Shown piece after piece: positions 35,075 to 46,471 of a DNA stretch of 64,000 nucleotides (position 1 is the first letter of the stretch; each line of letters opens with the position of its first letter). A program made the translations under genes and the position numbers. Source of the DNA: an uncultured Spirochaetales bacterium (GTDB lineage Bacteria; Spirochaetota; Spirochaetia; DAHUYW01); the NCBI GenBank assembly GCA_964506755.1, contig CAZDMH010000022.1, forward strand, positions 1,253 through 65,252. The letters run 5' to 3'. The notes below the pieces were generated by a model. It saw only the letters and a list, made by a program, of their open reading frames with translations. It was not told the DNA's origin and made no database searches.

Positions 35075-35849
35075 CCGTCCGATCCTTTTCTGCGATTCAG
35101 GGGTGGGCGGCTTGCCCTACCTGGCGTGGGTACGCGAGCGACTCCCAAATGAACGCTTCCTCTACGTGGCCGACAACGCCAACTTTCCCTACGGAGAAAG
35201 GTCCCCCGAGGATCTTCGCAACGTGGTGATCTCGTTGGTTGGAAGGCTCATGGTGAAGTTCGACCCGAAGCTCGTCGTGGTCGCCTGCAACACCGCTTCG
35301 GTTGTGGCGTTGGCGGCACTTCGAGAGCGCTATTCCGTGCCATTTGTCGGCGTCGTGCCGGCCGTCAAACCGGCTGCCGAGCGGTCGCGAGTACGCAAAA
35401 TCGCGCTTCTTGCGACGACACGAACCGTCGGCGACGCCTACTCGGACAATCTCATCGACCAGTTCGCTTCCGATTGCACCGTCATTCGTATCGCAGGACA
35501 GCAGCTTGTATCCTTCATCGAAAACGAGTATCTCGACGCGGATGCACGACGCATCCATGAGGCAATGGAAACAGCGGTCGCGCCTCTGCGCTCGGAAAAG
35601 GTCGACTCCCTAATTCTCGGCTGTACCCACTTCACGTTGTTGGACCGGGAGCTGAAGCAGGAGCTCGGAAGCTCGGTCGAGATTGTGGATTCTCGCGAGG
35701 GGGTCGGACGGCAAGTCATCCGGCTCGTCGACTCCGGTTCCGACCCCGCGGCGGCCGGGGCATCCCTGTTCCACACCGCTCCCGACGACGAGCGGTACCG
35801 CCGCTTTGCTGGGCGTTTCGGAGTGCAATACGGCGGTGTGTTGAAGTGA
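35067..35849 (+). CDS. murI: Glutamate racemase
   Basis: ATG 35067 gives MDSRPILFCDSGVGGLPYL. The catalytic Cys motifs are VVACNTAS and ILGCTHF. It overlaps the upstream stop by 8 nt. Confidence 0.93.
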   Translation: MDSRPILFCDSGVGGLPYLAWVRERLPNERFLYVADNANFPYGERSPEDLRNVVISLVGRLMVKFDPKLVVVACNTASVVALAALRERYSVPFVGVVPAVKPAAERSRVRKIALLATTRTVGDAYSDNLIDQFASDCTVIRIAGQQLVSFIENEYLDADARRIHEAMETAVAPLRSEKVDSLILGCTHFTLLDRELKQELGSSVEIVDSREGVGRQVIRLVDSGSDPAAAGASLFHTAPDDERYRRFAGRFGVQYGGVLK

Positions 35850-38239
35850 GTACTATCGCACCTCACGCCGTGGAGCTGCTCGAGTTCGAGGAGATACGGT
35901 CACGCGTGGCCGAATACTGTCTTAGCGACGAGGGCCGCGCCCTGCTCGCCGATCAGGAGATATCGGTAGACTCTGCGAGGATCGACGAGTATCTGATCTT
36001 CTCGGGCGAGGTGCGTCGTCTCATCGAGGCCGAACCGCTGCCTCCCCTCGACTTCCCCCCGGTTCGGGACGCAATGCCGAAGTACCACAAGAGCGGCACC
36101 GTTGCCGACGGTCCCGAGCTCGCAGCGGTCGGAGCCTTCATCCAATCGGCGATGGAGCTCCAACGCTTTCTCACGCGAGAGCACGGCGCAAAGGGCCTCC
36201 CTGCGGCCGAGCGATTGCCGCCCTCGGAGAAGCTCTCCGAGTTCGCCTCCTCTCTGCCGGACCTGGGCGCTGTTGCGGGCAGAATTCGCCACCTCCTGAA
36301 CCCGGACGGCACGGTCAATGAAGACCGGGTTCCCGAGCTGAAAGCGATCCGACGCGAAATGCAGAGACTGCACGGCGAGATCGAGACACTGACCTCCCGG
36401 TACCTTTCGAGCGACCGGGCAATCTGGCAGGCTGAGGTACCGACCCAGCGCGACGGTCGAACGGTCTTGCCGCTGAAGGCCGATTACCGCGGGAGGATCT
36501 CCGGGATCGTGCACGAGGTATCGGCCACCGGCGCCACGCTTTTCATCGAGCCGATGGATATCGTGGAGCGAAACAATCAACTGGTAGAGCGGGACAACCG
36601 CTATCGCCGCGAAGTTCATCGCATACTGGGCGAGCTGACCGGGCTGGTACGAGAGAGGGTCGACGAGATCGAGGGACTGATCGACTCGATTGCCCGTTTC
36701 GATACGATGTACGCTCGCGCCCGATACGCGTCCGGGCATTCCTGCAACCGGGCGGCTCGATCGGAGCGGCGGATCGTGCTTCGCAGAGCCCGGCATCCGC
36801 TGCTCGGGAAGGAGGCGGTCCCCCTGGATTTCGAGCTCGGGGAATCGGCGACCGTCATGGTCATAACCGGCGCCAACGCCGGCGGCAAGACGGTCTCCCT
36901 CAAGACCGTAGGGCTACTGGTTTTGATGAACCAGTGGGGATTGGAGATTCCGGCTGCCGAGGGGAGCGAGCTCCCCGTTTTGGCTCGCGTGCTGGTCGAC
37001 ATCGGTGACGACCAGTCAATTGCCAACAGTCTTTCCACCTTCTCGGGACACATGAAGGCGCTATCGACCATCATCGAACGCTCCGACTCCTCTTCACTCG
37101 TCCTTCTCGATGAAATCGGATCGGGCACCGATCCCTCGGAGGGGTCGGCACTCGCGATGGCCGTGCTCGACCACCTTCTCGAAGCGGGGGCGTTGGTCGT
37201 CGCGACGACCCATCACGGGATCATCAAGCGCTACGGGTATTCGAAGCCCGGCATCATAAACGCCTCGGTCACGTTCGACTCCGCAACGCTTTCGCCAACC
37301 TACGAGTTGGTCATCGGTGTGCCAGGTGAAAGCCACGCGCTCGAGATCGCCTCGCGCAGCCGAATTGCGCCTCCGATCCTCGAGCGAGCCCGGGGATATT
37401 TCGAGCAGCAGCGCACGGACCTCGATCGCGCCGTCGAAGAGCTCGCGGCTCGAAGCCGAGAGCTCGATGAGCGAGCCGAGCGGGTTGCGGAAACGGCACG
37501 GAACCTCGAATCGGAACGTGAAGAGCTCGCCGCGAAAGAAGAATCGTTGGAAGGGCAGCAGCGGAAGCTTCGCGACAAGGAGTACGGAGAGCTCAAAGCC
37601 TTCCTCTTGGAAAGCCGGCGCGATCTCGAAAACCTCGTACGAGAGCTCCGGACCGGCGAGATTACCCGGGAGAAGACCCGAAAGGTGAAGACCTATATCA
37701 ATAATCTCGAACAGAAACTGGCCGATGAAGAGAGAGAGCCGGTTGCTGAGCAGCGTGCCGGAGCTTCAAAGGACTCGATCGAGCCGGGAAGCGAGGTCTA
37801 CGTCGGCAAGAACCGCCGTCGCGGCACCGTACTCCGAAAGGAGCGAGGGGACAAGTGGCTCGTGATGGTCAACACCTTGCGGATGTCGATTCCCTCAGGA
37901 GAGCTCGTCCCCGCGAGGAGCGTTTCGACCGCCGAAAAGAGACACGAGAAGCTTTCGGTCGAGATAGCAGGAGCGGGAGAGTCTATCCGACCTGCCCTCG
38001 AGCTCGATCTTCGCGGTATGAGGCTCGAAGAGGCCCTCGAGAGCCTCGAGCGGCAGCTGGACCGGGCGATAATCTCAGGGCTGACGGAGTTTTCGGTCAT
38101 ACACGGAAAGGGCGAGGGGGTGCTTCGAGAGGGTGTGCACCGCCTCCTGAGCGACTCCAGCGCCGTGAGCGATTTCTATTTCTCGCCGCCGGAATCGGGG
38201 GGCTACGGCAAGACCATCGTGAAGCTTGGAAGCACATAG
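35846..38239 (+). CDS. mutS2: Endonuclease MutS2 (MutS-family ATPase with C-terminal Smr domain)
   Basis: 797 aa with Walker A GANAGGKTVSLKTVGL and Walker B LVLLDEIGSGTDP. The Smr end reads LDLRGMRLEEA...VIHGKGEGVLR. A GTGA overlap links it to murI. Confidence 0.95.
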   Translation: MSTIAPHAVELLEFEEIRSRVAEYCLSDEGRALLADQEISVDSARIDEYLIFSGEVRRLIEAEPLPPLDFPPVRDAMPKYHKSGTVADGPELAAVGAFIQSAMELQRFLTREHGAKGLPAAERLPPSEKLSEFASSLPDLGAVAGRIRHLLNPDGTVNEDRVPELKAIRREMQRLHGEIETLTSRYLSSDRAIWQAEVPTQRDGRTVLPLKADYRGRISGIVHEVSATGATLFIEPMDIVERNNQLVERDNRYRREVHRILGELTGLVRERVDEIEGLIDSIARFDTMYARARYASGHSCNRAARSERRIVLRRARHPLLGKEAVPLDFELGESATVMVITGANAGGKTVSLKTVGLLVLMNQWGLEIPAAEGSELPVLARVLVDIGDDQSIANSLSTFSGHMKALSTIIERSDSSSLVLLDEIGSGTDPSEGSALAMAVLDHLLEAGALVVATTHHGIIKRYGYSKPGIINASVTFDSATLSPTYELVIGVPGESHALEIASRSRIAPPILERARGYFEQQRTDLDRAVEELAARSRELDERAERVAETARNLESEREELAAKEESLEGQQRKLRDKEYGELKAFLLESRRDLENLVRELRTGEITREKTRKVKTYINNLEQKLADEEREPVAEQRAGASKDSIEPGSEVYVGKNRRRGTVLRKERGDKWLVMVNTLRMSIPSGELVPARSVSTAEKRHEKLSVEIAGAGESIRPALELDLRGMRLEEALESLERQLDRAIISGLTEFSVIHGKGEGVLREGVHRLLSDSSAVSDFYFSPPESGGYGKTIVKLGST

Positions 38240-38250
38240 GACGACGGCGC

Positions 38251-38898
38251 ATGATTGAGAAACTGAAGGTGCACTTTCGAAGATCGGCGAAGACTCTGGT
38301 TGTACTTACCGCGGGCATTCTCCTTCTTTCCTCATGCATCGATGTCAATGAAGACATCACCATATCGGCCGACGGCTCGGGGGTGGTCAAACTGGCATAC
38401 CGGATCGCCCGGGTGGTGATCGACCTTCCCCGGGCGGAGAACACCTCGGTCGCGTTTCCGCTTCCGACAAATCCCGCCGAGTTCGAGAGCTTGGTGCAGA
38501 ACGCTCCCGGGCTTACCCTCCAAGACTTCACCCTGACGAACGAGGCCGCGACCCTCGGAGCGAACGCGACCATCCAATTTACCGGCGTTGAAGCGCTCAA
38601 CGCGGCGTTCACGAACTCGGTCTCCCAGGGTTTCACCTATCTTTCGACACCTTCACGCACCACGTTCACGCAACGGATCTACCAGGGGAACTCGGCAGGC
38701 GTTGATCAGCAGACGCTGGATTTAGTGAAGAGCCTCTTCGGGGACTACAAGCTGGTTTTTTCGCTTCACGCTCCGAGGGCCATTCAGAGCGTGAACATTG
38801 GCTCGACTTCGAGCAACGAAACTACCGCGACATATTCCACGACGATTCCTGATATAATTCAGTCGAAGACGCCGGTAATCTGGGAGGTTAGCTGGTAA
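38251..38898 (+). CDS. Hypothetical lipoprotein
   Basis: ATG 38251 gives MIEKLKVHFRRSAKTLVVLTAGILLLSSC (lipobox LSSC). The upstream part of track ORF 37855..38898 is an out-of-frame overlap of mutS2. Confidence 0.7.
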   Translation: MIEKLKVHFRRSAKTLVVLTAGILLLSSCIDVNEDITISADGSGVVKLAYRIARVVIDLPRAENTSVAFPLPTNPAEFESLVQNAPGLTLQDFTLTNEAATLGANATIQFTGVEALNAAFTNSVSQGFTYLSTPSRTTFTQRIYQGNSAGVDQQTLDLVKSLFGDYKLVFSLHAPRAIQSVNIGSTSSNETTATYSTTIPDIIQSKTPVIWEVSW

Positions 38899-39819
38899 AT
38901 GGCACGCTTGTTTTCACTCGTGGCTCTGCTGACAATAGCGACGCTCGGCGTCGATGTGGGCGCCCAAACACTCTCGTCGAGCGCGTTGAAAGATCCTCCG
39001 TGGCTCCTCCTCGAGCTCGGCAAGAAGGCCTTTCGCGAAAAGAACTTCGGCCAGGCGCTCGACTACTTTCGGACCTCCATCGCGAACGGAGTGATTACCC
39101 CTGAAGCCCAAATGTGGATTGGCCGTGTATTCGAGGAGGAGGGCGAGCTGGATCTCGCCGAGAATCAGTATCAGAAGGCCCTCGCCGACAGCTCTCAGTT
39201 CGAGATTCCGGATGAAGCTGCGGCCATCCGCTACGACCTGGCGCGCATCTACTACAACACAAACCAGTACGGGAAATACGAAGTAACCCTCAAGAACATC
39301 GTTTCGGAAGACAAAGAGTATAGCGATCCGAAGGAGGCATTCACCCGACGGTCGATGGTGAGGGTGCTCAAGACCGACGGTCTCGACAAGCTTCTCGTAC
39401 TCTACCGCCTCACAAACAAAAAGACGCTGCAGGCCCATTCAGATCTCGGCGAGCTCTACTACCGAACCGGCAGATATTCCGACGCCATCATGAATCTCAC
39501 TTTTTCGACGATCACAATACTCAGCGTTGCAATCGACCGGGTCGCGGCATCGGATCCGCAGTACGAGTTTTCGACCATCGGCGCCCTTTTCGACATTACG
39601 GCAAAGAACACGACCGTGACCGACTACCTCTCGTCGGCAAATCTCTTCAAAGACCTCTACTATCTCGCCGCCTCCCTCTACGCCGAAGGAACCACGAATC
39701 GGGCGACGGCGATCTGGCGGACGGTCACGAGATGGTCGCAGAAGGACGCCTGGTACCGTCAGTCCGCCGCCCAGCTTCGCAGCCCGCACATCGAGCCGAT
39801 CATGAACATCGGGAACTAG
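38899..39819 (+). CDS. Secreted TPR-like repeat protein (hypothetical)
   Basis: 306 aa with a signal peptide ([23 protein letters not shown]) and TPR-like helices (ALDYFRTSI..., [10 protein letters not shown]...). The ATG directly abuts the upstream TAA. Confidence 0.75.
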   Translation: MARLFSLVALLTIATLGVDVGAQTLSSSALKDPPWLLLELGKKAFREKNFGQALDYFRTSIANGVITPEAQMWIGRVFEEEGELDLAENQYQKALADSSQFEIPDEAAAIRYDLARIYYNTNQYGKYEVTLKNIVSEDKEYSDPKEAFTRRSMVRVLKTDGLDKLLVLYRLTNKKTLQAHSDLGELYYRTGRYSDAIMNLTFSTITILSVAIDRVAASDPQYEFSTIGALFDITAKNTTVTDYLSSANLFKDLYYLAASLYAEGTTNRATAIWRTVTRWSQKDAWYRQSAAQLRSPHIEPIMNIGN

Positions 39820-39884
39820 CGCCGAAGCGGCCCGCTATTGCACAGATCACCGCTCTATCGTACCTTTGCCTTGTTCGGTGGAAC

Positions 39885-42707
39885 ATGGATAAGATTGTCA
39901 TCCGAGGCGCGCGCGAACACAACCTAAAAGATATCGACGTCGACATCCCGCGAAACCGGCTGGTCGTCATATCGGGGCTCAGCGGTTCCGGCAAGTCGTC
40001 GCTTGCATTCGACACGATATTTGCCGAAGGCCAGCGGAGGTATGTCGAGTCCCTCTCGGCGTATGCACGTCAATTTCTCGGCCGGATGGACAAACCTGAC
40101 GTCGATTATATCGAGGGCCTATCCCCCGCTATCTCCATCGAGCAGAAGAGCTCTCATCGAAATCCACGCTCTACGGTCGGAACCGTAACCGAAATCTACG
40201 ACTACCTTCGTCTCCTTTACGCCCGAATCGGTACTGCTCACTGCCCGAATTGCGGACGCGAGATACAGGAACAGTCGGTGGATCAAATCATCGACACTCT
40301 TACCGCCTATCCCACCGGAACCCGGCTGACGATTCTCGCTCCGATTATCCGAGGCAAGAAAGGGGAACACGAGAAGGTTCTCGAGGACGCGAAACGGTCC
40401 GGTTTCGTACGTGTCCGAGTCGATGAGGAGCTACGCTCTCTCGACGACTCGATCGAGCTCGATCGCAACAAGAAGCACACCGTGGAGATCGTCGTCGACC
40501 GCCTGAAAGTGAGCGGCGAGAACCGAAAACGCTTGAGTGAATCGGTAGAGACCGCTCTCGAGGTCGCCGACGGAAAGTTGATCGCGCTGAGAGAGGGCCA
40601 GAAATCCCACGAGGAGGTCTTCTTTTCTCAGAAGGGCTCCTGCCCCCACTGCGGGATCAGCATCCCGGAGCTTCAGCCCCGCCTCTTCTCGTTCAACAAC
40701 CCGTACGGCGCCTGCCCGGAATGCTCGGGGCTCGGCGTGACCCTCGAGTTCGATCCCAAGCTCGTCATTCCGGATACCTCGCTTTCGTTCAACGAAGGGG
40801 CGATCGCGACCGCCAATCCGCAGGCAGCCTGGCACCGGAGCTGGTTTCAGGCCCTCGCGAAACATTACCGCTTCAGCCTCGACACACCGTTCGACAAGCT
40901 GCCGCCCGAAGTATTCGGGGCCCTCCTCCACGGGACGAAAGACACGATCGACGTGACCTATGTAAATCGCGAGCGCACCGGCAGGTTCGAGTACTCCTCC
41001 ACCTTTCGAGGTGTTCTCAACGATCTGAAGCGTCGCTACCTGGAGACGAGCTCGGAGCAGATAAAGGATTGGCTCGAGGAGTTCATGACCCAAACCGCGT
41101 GCGAGGCCTGCGGGGGCAAGCGCTTGCGTCCTGAGAGCCTCGGCGTGACGGTCGCGGGCATCAACATCTTCGATCTCACGGTCAAGACGGTGAACGAGAG
41201 CCTGACGTTCTTCGAATCGATGGAGCTCTCCGCCACGGAGGCTCAGATCGCCCAGCAGATTCGCAAGGAGATCGTCTCGAGACTCTCCTTCTTGAAGGGA
41301 GTGGGCCTGGATTATCTCACCCTTGAGCGGCGCGCTGCCACTCTCTCGGGCGGTGAGGCGCAGCGGATTCGACTCGCGACCCAGATCGGATCGTCTCTGG
41401 TCGGGGTGCTCTACATCCTCGACGAGCCGACGATCGGGCTTCATCAGCGCGACAATCAGCTGCTCATCGACACCCTCAAGCGCCTTCGTGATCTGGGCAA
41501 CACCCTGATCGTCGTCGAGCACGACGAGCAGACCCTCCGGACTGCCGACTATATTCTCGATATGGGGCCGGGCGCCGGGGTGCACGGGGGTCGCATCGTC
41601 GCGAGGGGTACCCCGCAGGAGATCATGGCTGACCCGAAGAGCCGCACGGGTCTCTATCTGAGCGGGAAAACGGTGATCGAGAGCCGAGAGGGTCGTCGTG
41701 AGGGCAACGGCCGCGCGATTTCTCTCCGGGGTGCGGCCGAGCACAATCTGAAGTCGATCGACGTCAGCTTTCCCCTGGGGAAGCTGATCGTCATTACCGG
41801 GGTGTCGGGCTCCGGCAAGTCGAGCCTTCTGACCGACCTCCTGTACCCGATTCTCGCCAACCGTGTGGGCAACACCCATTTCAGCGAGGGATCGTACAGG
41901 GAAATCGAGGGAGTGGAGCATATCGACAAGGTCATCAACATCGACCAGAGCCCCATCGGACGCTCGCCCCGGTCCAATCCAGCCACCTATGTCGGGCTGT
42001 TTACCCCCATACGCGACCTCTTCGCCGCCCTCCCGGAATCGAAAGCGCGCGGCTACAAACCGGGACGCTTCTCGTTCAACGTGAAGGGCGGACGTTGCGA
42101 GAACTGCCGGGGCGACGGCACCATCAAGATCGAGATGCACTTTCTTCCCGACGTCTACATCACCTGCGACGTCTGCAAGGGACAGCGGTTCAATCGGGAG
42201 ACTCTCGAAATTCGCTTCAAAGGCAAGAACGTCCACGAGGTGCTCGAGATGACCGTGGAAGAGGGAGGTGAGTTTTTCAGGAATATTCCCGTGGCCGCTC
42301 GCAAGCTCGAGACTTTGAAATCGGTAGGCCTCGGCTACATTCGCCTCGGCCAATCCGCGACCACCCTATCGGGGGGCGAAGCACAGCGCGTGAAGCTCTC
42401 CCTCGAGCTGTCGAAACGCAGCACGGGAAAGACCTTCTACATCCTCGACGAGCCGACGACCGGCCTGCATTTCGACGACGTGAAGAAGCTCATGGAGGTG
42501 CTTCAGCTTCTCGTCGACAAAGGAAATACGGTAGCCTTGATCGAGCACAACCTCGATGTCATCAAGCAGGCAGATCATATCGTCGATCTTGGCCCGGAGG
42601 GAGGGGTACGAGGAGGAGAGATCGTCGCCTCAGGAACGCCGGAGGAGATCGTGGCCTCGCCCGCGTCGTATACTGGCAAATACCTGAAGCCACTTCTCAA
42701 AGGATAG
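39885..42707 (+). CDS. uvrA: Excinuclease ABC subunit A
   Basis: ATG 39885 gives [24 protein letters not shown]. It has two ABC modules ([18 protein letters not shown]; LSGGEAQR twice) and zinc-finger Cys pairs. Confidence 0.97.
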   Translation: MDKIVIRGAREHNLKDIDVDIPRNRLVVISGLSGSGKSSLAFDTIFAEGQRRYVESLSAYARQFLGRMDKPDVDYIEGLSPAISIEQKSSHRNPRSTVGTVTEIYDYLRLLYARIGTAHCPNCGREIQEQSVDQIIDTLTAYPTGTRLTILAPIIRGKKGEHEKVLEDAKRSGFVRVRVDEELRSLDDSIELDRNKKHTVEIVVDRLKVSGENRKRLSESVETALEVADGKLIALREGQKSHEEVFFSQKGSCPHCGISIPELQPRLFSFNNPYGACPECSGLGVTLEFDPKLVIPDTSLSFNEGAIATANPQAAWHRSWFQALAKHYRFSLDTPFDKLPPEVFGALLHGTKDTIDVTYVNRERTGRFEYSSTFRGVLNDLKRRYLETSSEQIKDWLEEFMTQTACEACGGKRLRPESLGVTVAGINIFDLTVKTVNESLTFFESMELSATEAQIAQQIRKEIVSRLSFLKGVGLDYLTLERRAATLSGGEAQRIRLATQIGSSLVGVLYILDEPTIGLHQRDNQLLIDTLKRLRDLGNTLIVVEHDEQTLRTADYILDMGPGAGVHGGRIVARGTPQEIMADPKSRTGLYLSGKTVIESREGRREGNGRAISLRGAAEHNLKSIDVSFPLGKLIVITGVSGSGKSSLLTDLLYPILANRVGNTHFSEGSYREIEGVEHIDKVINIDQSPIGRSPRSNPATYVGLFTPIRDLFAALPESKARGYKPGRFSFNVKGGRCENCRGDGTIKIEMHFLPDVYITCDVCKGQRFNRETLEIRFKGKNVHEVLEMTVEEGGEFFRNIPVAARKLETLKSVGLGYIRLGQSATTLSGGEAQRVKLSLELSKRSTGKTFYILDEPTTGLHFDDVKKLMEVLQLLVDKGNTVALIEHNLDVIKQADHIVDLGPEGGVRGGEIVASGTPEEIVASPASYTGKYLKPLLKG

Positions 42708-42710
42708 CTT

Positions 42711-45700
42711 TTGAAAGCGCTTACGGCAGTCCTGTTTTTCGTGACGCTCTGCTCCACGGCGCTCTCTGCACGACCGCTCGAGGAGCCGGGAGCCACTGCG
42801 CCGCAGTCCTCGAGCACCGCGACCTCAGCAACGGCGGCGTCCGGAACATCGGGCGAGTCGCTCTTCGAGAAGACGCTGCCCTCCGATATCGACACCGCCA
42901 GCTACTACGAGCTGCTTGCTTGGGTTCGCCGCCTCGGGCTTTCGGAAAAGGGCACGCGAAGCGAGCTTCAAGCGCGACTGCGTGAATACTACAAGGTGTC
43001 CTCGAAGAAGACGACTCCCCCTTCGACCACCGCTCCGTCCACCGGGAACGAGCGGATCATAACCGTCAAGTCGGCGCACCAGGCGGAGTACTTCACCCTC
43101 GAAAAGGTCGATCAGAAGTACATCCGGTTGAGCGGCGGAGTGGACCTTCAGATGTACGACCCCAAGACGGATACCACCCACACGATCGTGGCCGACACGA
43201 TCGTCTTCAATCAGACCGAGAAGACGATCACCGCAACCGGTCACATCGAGTACACCCTTACCGGCAAGCAGAAAAGCGAGGTGTTTCGCGGCGCCAGCCT
43301 GACCTTCAACGTGGACAACTGGAACGGGATCTTCTTCCAGGGGGTGTCGGAGTCCAAGAAGACGATCGATCAGAACGCGCTGACCTTCTACTACAGCGGG
43401 CAGAAGATTCACCGGTCGAGCAACGACGTCGTGACTCTCGACAACGGAACTATTACCTCGAGTGATGCCCTTCCCCCGAACTACCAGGTGACGGCCTCCC
43501 GGATCTGGGTGCTCGCACCCGGAGAGTGGGCCCTGTCGAACGCAGTTCTCTATCTCGGCAGGGTCCCGATCTTCTACTTTCCTTTCTTCTTTCACCCGGG
43601 TGACAATCTGTTCTTTCACCCTTCGGCAGGCTACCGTGAGGAGGAGGGGTACTATCTTCAGACCACCACCTATCTGCTCGGCAGACGATCGAAGACCAAC
43701 AGCTCCCTCTCGTTTCTGCAGGTCACCGAGGACACGAACGTAAACTACAACACGAAGATTCGCGGGCTATTTCTCCGGAAAACCACCCCCGTGACGGCTG
43801 CAGAGCAGAAGAAGACTCCCTACGACTTCCAGCAGTCCTACGTGAAGCTTCTGTTCGACATCTACTCGCGTCTCGGAGTGTTTGCCGGGATCGAGAGCAA
43901 GATCGTCGACTACGGCGTCCTCAAGAACCTGCAAGCTGATTTCTCACTGGCTCGAAGCCGCAACATCTTTCTCCTGCCGGGCGCTTCCCAGTACACCGCC
44001 AACCTCGAGCAGGCCGACGGCAGCTTCACGAGCCTCTGGAACAGCTCCTCATTGTTCGGCGTGAACCTTCCCGTGCGCTACGGAATGGACCTCGAGCTCA
44101 ATCTGACGAGCCCGATCTTCTCGATGACCGGCTCACTCCCGTTCTATTCCGATCCCTCCTACCACGCGGACTTCAGCAACCGCGAGGAGAGTATCGATTG
44201 GTCCAAGATCCTTGGCTTGAGCGGGTCCTCCACGACGACGAGCACCGCGACACAGACCTCCACACAGACCCAAACCATGACAAGCCTGTTGTGGTCGCTG
44301 CACTCGACCTATACTCCGGACGTCGGTTCTCTGAAGCCCTACGTCAGCCAGGCCTCGATTACTGCGGCTGATCTCAGCATGTACTGGCAGACGAAGACCA
44401 ACTCCACTGCCGGAGTGGTGGGACTCGACCCGAATCTGCCGAACTTCGTACCCATAAGCGAACGGAGCGATTTCGCCTTTCCCGGAAAAGATTTCTTCTA
44501 TCCGCAGAGCTTTGTTTTTCCGAGCGTTTCGGGAAAGATAACAGGCACGATTTTCCAGACCGCGAGCACGACGGCTCAACCTGCAGCAGCCGTCGCTCAG
44601 CCGACGAGCAAACCGCTCACAAAGCCGGAGCCGACGGCGCCGACGACCGCTCAGCCGAAACCGCCCTCCGGATCGACGTCAGCACCCGAAACGCCGAAGA
44701 CGGGCCAGGAGCCCCCAAAATCGAGCTCGGAACCGATTTCGATTACCGCGCGGCCCCCTTGGCAAGAATCGCAGAAACAAAAGCCGTCCGCGGAGAAGTC
44801 AACGCTCAAAGTCCCCGAGCCGCGGCCGGACTATTCGGTAACCGCGCCGTCGGTTCTCTCCAACTACACCCAGTCGCTCACTTATTCGATCACGCCGACT
44901 GCGTCGGTGGAAGATCGTACCGTCACCGACGGCTGGCTGACGCCTGCCGACATCAATCTTGCCGACTCCTATTCGATTTTCAACTCTCGAGGCTCGGGCG
45001 CGCTCACCTACAACGGCGCCCTGCTCGGGAAGCTGCTGACCATCCAGAACACGACTGCTCTCTCGGGCAACTACAAGATCCACTACAATCAGGTCCCGGG
45101 TATTGCCGATTGGCAGTCGTTCTTGCTTCAAGACTACAACGCCACCTTCTTGAAGGCGACCGATGCACTGAGCCTGGCCACCTATCCCTTCGAAGGGGTC
45201 GACCTCCTGCAGGGGACGAACTTCAGCTATTCCATTGCCGCAGACCTCTTCGCGCGCAACTGGGTGACCAATTCGCCCGGACCGGTCTTTCAGAACTCCT
45301 TTCTTTCCTGGGACAGCAGCCACATAACGGCCCACTCCTTGGCGAGCTCAATCGTTTTCTCGCCGTGGAACCAGGTCCAGAACCTCAATGTTACCGTCAC
45401 CCTTCCGCCGCTCGTTCCGCAGGTCAGTGTCAAGGCAATTAGCCACGCCGGGCCGCTCACGACGACGGTCTCGGATACCTTCTCGCTCCCGCAGGACTCT
45501 TCGACCTGGCAGTTCCAACCACTTACCCTCGAAGGGATCCTCACGCCGGTACCCTGGTTCATTGCCGACCAGACGCTGAACTACGACTTCGACCTCCGCA
45601 AATGGACGACCAGCACCTCGAAGGTAAGCCTTTTCAACAACGACAAGAGCGTCAATGCCTCGGAGACCTTCACCTACGACCTCGCAGACGGTTACCCGAC

Positions 45701-46361
45701 CGACAGCCTCACTTCGTTGAAGCTCTGGTTCTTCAACATGCAATTCGAGGCCAAACGTACGAACCTCTACCAGTTTTCACCCGTGCAGGGATGGACCGCA
45801 ACCGGAGCGGTGGACTTCGTCCCGTCGAATCTTTCGATGGGCGTGTCCTACGACTACAAGAGCGCTCCCTTGTGGAAGAACCGCATCGAGCTCGGAACCA
45901 ACGTGAACACGGCGTGGAACATAAACCTTCTGCAGTTCACCGACAACGCACTGACCCTGAACCTCACTGCGACGCTTTCAATCTACCAGTTCCTCGACAT
46001 TAGCTTCTCGCTCCAGTCGGAGGATCGAGCTACCTATCGTTACATCCCGGCGTTCGCCTCCCAGGTGGGCCAGACCCCGATCAGTCCGGCCACCGACCTC
46101 CTGAAGTCGATCAATTTCTTCAGCAATACCGATCGCAAAGAATCCAACTTCAAGATGAAGAGCGTGGACCTGAAGCTCGTCCACCACCTCGAGGACTGGG
46201 ACCTGAACATGGAGTTCACCGGAACCCCGGAGTTGACGACCTCGAATACCGGGGTGAGCTACTATCAATGGAATCCGACCTTCACGCTCTCGGTCGACTG
46301 GAAACCGGTCCCGGAGATCAAATCCAACGTCGTCGTCCAAAACAACCAGATCTCCTTCTAG
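42711..46361 (+). CDS. Large LptD/OstA-like outer-membrane protein with an N-terminal SAP-like motif
   Basis: 1216 aa, starting at TTG after AAAGGA, with a signal peptide (MKALTAVLFFVTLCSTALSA). An OstA-like N-domain is present (LSGGVDLQMYD..IVADTIVFNQTEKTITATGHIEY). It has the LptD-like motif LGRVPIFYFPFFFHP and a long beta-rich C-terminus. It directly follows uvrA. Confidence 0.8.
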   Translation: MKALTAVLFFVTLCSTALSARPLEEPGATAPQSSSTATSATAASGTSGESLFEKTLPSDIDTASYYELLAWVRRLGLSEKGTRSELQARLREYYKVSSKKTTPPSTTAPSTGNERIITVKSAHQAEYFTLEKVDQKYIRLSGGVDLQMYDPKTDTTHTIVADTIVFNQTEKTITATGHIEYTLTGKQKSEVFRGASLTFNVDNWNGIFFQGVSESKKTIDQNALTFYYSGQKIHRSSNDVVTLDNGTITSSDALPPNYQVTASRIWVLAPGEWALSNAVLYLGRVPIFYFPFFFHPGDNLFFHPSAGYREEEGYYLQTTTYLLGRRSKTNSSLSFLQVTEDTNVNYNTKIRGLFLRKTTPVTAAEQKKTPYDFQQSYVKLLFDIYSRLGVFAGIESKIVDYGVLKNLQADFSLARSRNIFLLPGASQYTANLEQADGSFTSLWNSSSLFGVNLPVRYGMDLELNLTSPIFSMTGSLPFYSDPSYHADFSNREESIDWSKILGLSGSSTTTSTATQTSTQTQTMTSLLWSLHSTYTPDVGSLKPYVSQASITAADLSMYWQTKTNSTAGVVGLDPNLPNFVPISERSDFAFPGKDFFYPQSFVFPSVSGKITGTIFQTASTTAQPAAAVAQPTSKPLTKPEPTAPTTAQPKPPSGSTSAPETPKTGQEPPKSSSEPISITARPPWQESQKQKPSAEKSTLKVPEPRPDYSVTAPSVLSNYTQSLTYSITPTASVEDRTVTDGWLTPADINLADSYSIFNSRGSGALTYNGALLGKLLTIQNTTALSGNYKIHYNQVPGIADWQSFLLQDYNATFLKATDALSLATYPFEGVDLLQGTNFSYSIAADLFARNWVTNSPGPVFQNSFLSWDSSHITAHSLASSIVFSPWNQVQNLNVTVTLPPLVPQVSVKAISHAGPLTTTVSDTFSLPQDSSTWQFQPLTLEGILTPVPWFIADQTLNYDFDLRKWTTSTSKVSLFNNDKSVNASETFTYDLADGYPTDSLTSLKLWFFNMQFEAKRTNLYQFSPVQGWTATGAVDFVPSNLSMGVSYDYKSAPLWKNRIELGTNVNTAWNINLLQFTDNALTLNLTATLSIYQFLDISFSLQSEDRATYRYIPAFASQVGQTPISPATDLLKSINFFSNTDRKESNFKMKSVDLKLVHHLEDWDLNMEFTGTPELTTSNTGVSYYQWNPTFTLSVDWKPVPEIKSNVVVQNNQISF

Positions 46362-46441
46362 GACCGATTTCGAACCCAACGGACCGACCGAAACCGGGCA
46401 GTAGTGCGCGTGAAACGGAGGAACTGGAGAAAAAGGCTAGC

Positions 46442-46471
46442 TTGACTTATCTTCGTTCCGATAGCTACACT
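46442..46471 (+). promoter_or_regulatory. Candidate promoter of the phoH-HD-ybeY-corC cluster
   Basis: TTGACT (46442..46447), 18 nt, TACACT (46466..46471). This leaves a leader of about 90 nt before TTG 46566. Confidence 0.45.

Noticed and set aside
40431-42353. 640-aa minus-strand ORF
   Set aside because: It is antisense to uvrA, whose ABC and zinc-finger motifs are unmistakable. No motifs were recognised in the antisense product.
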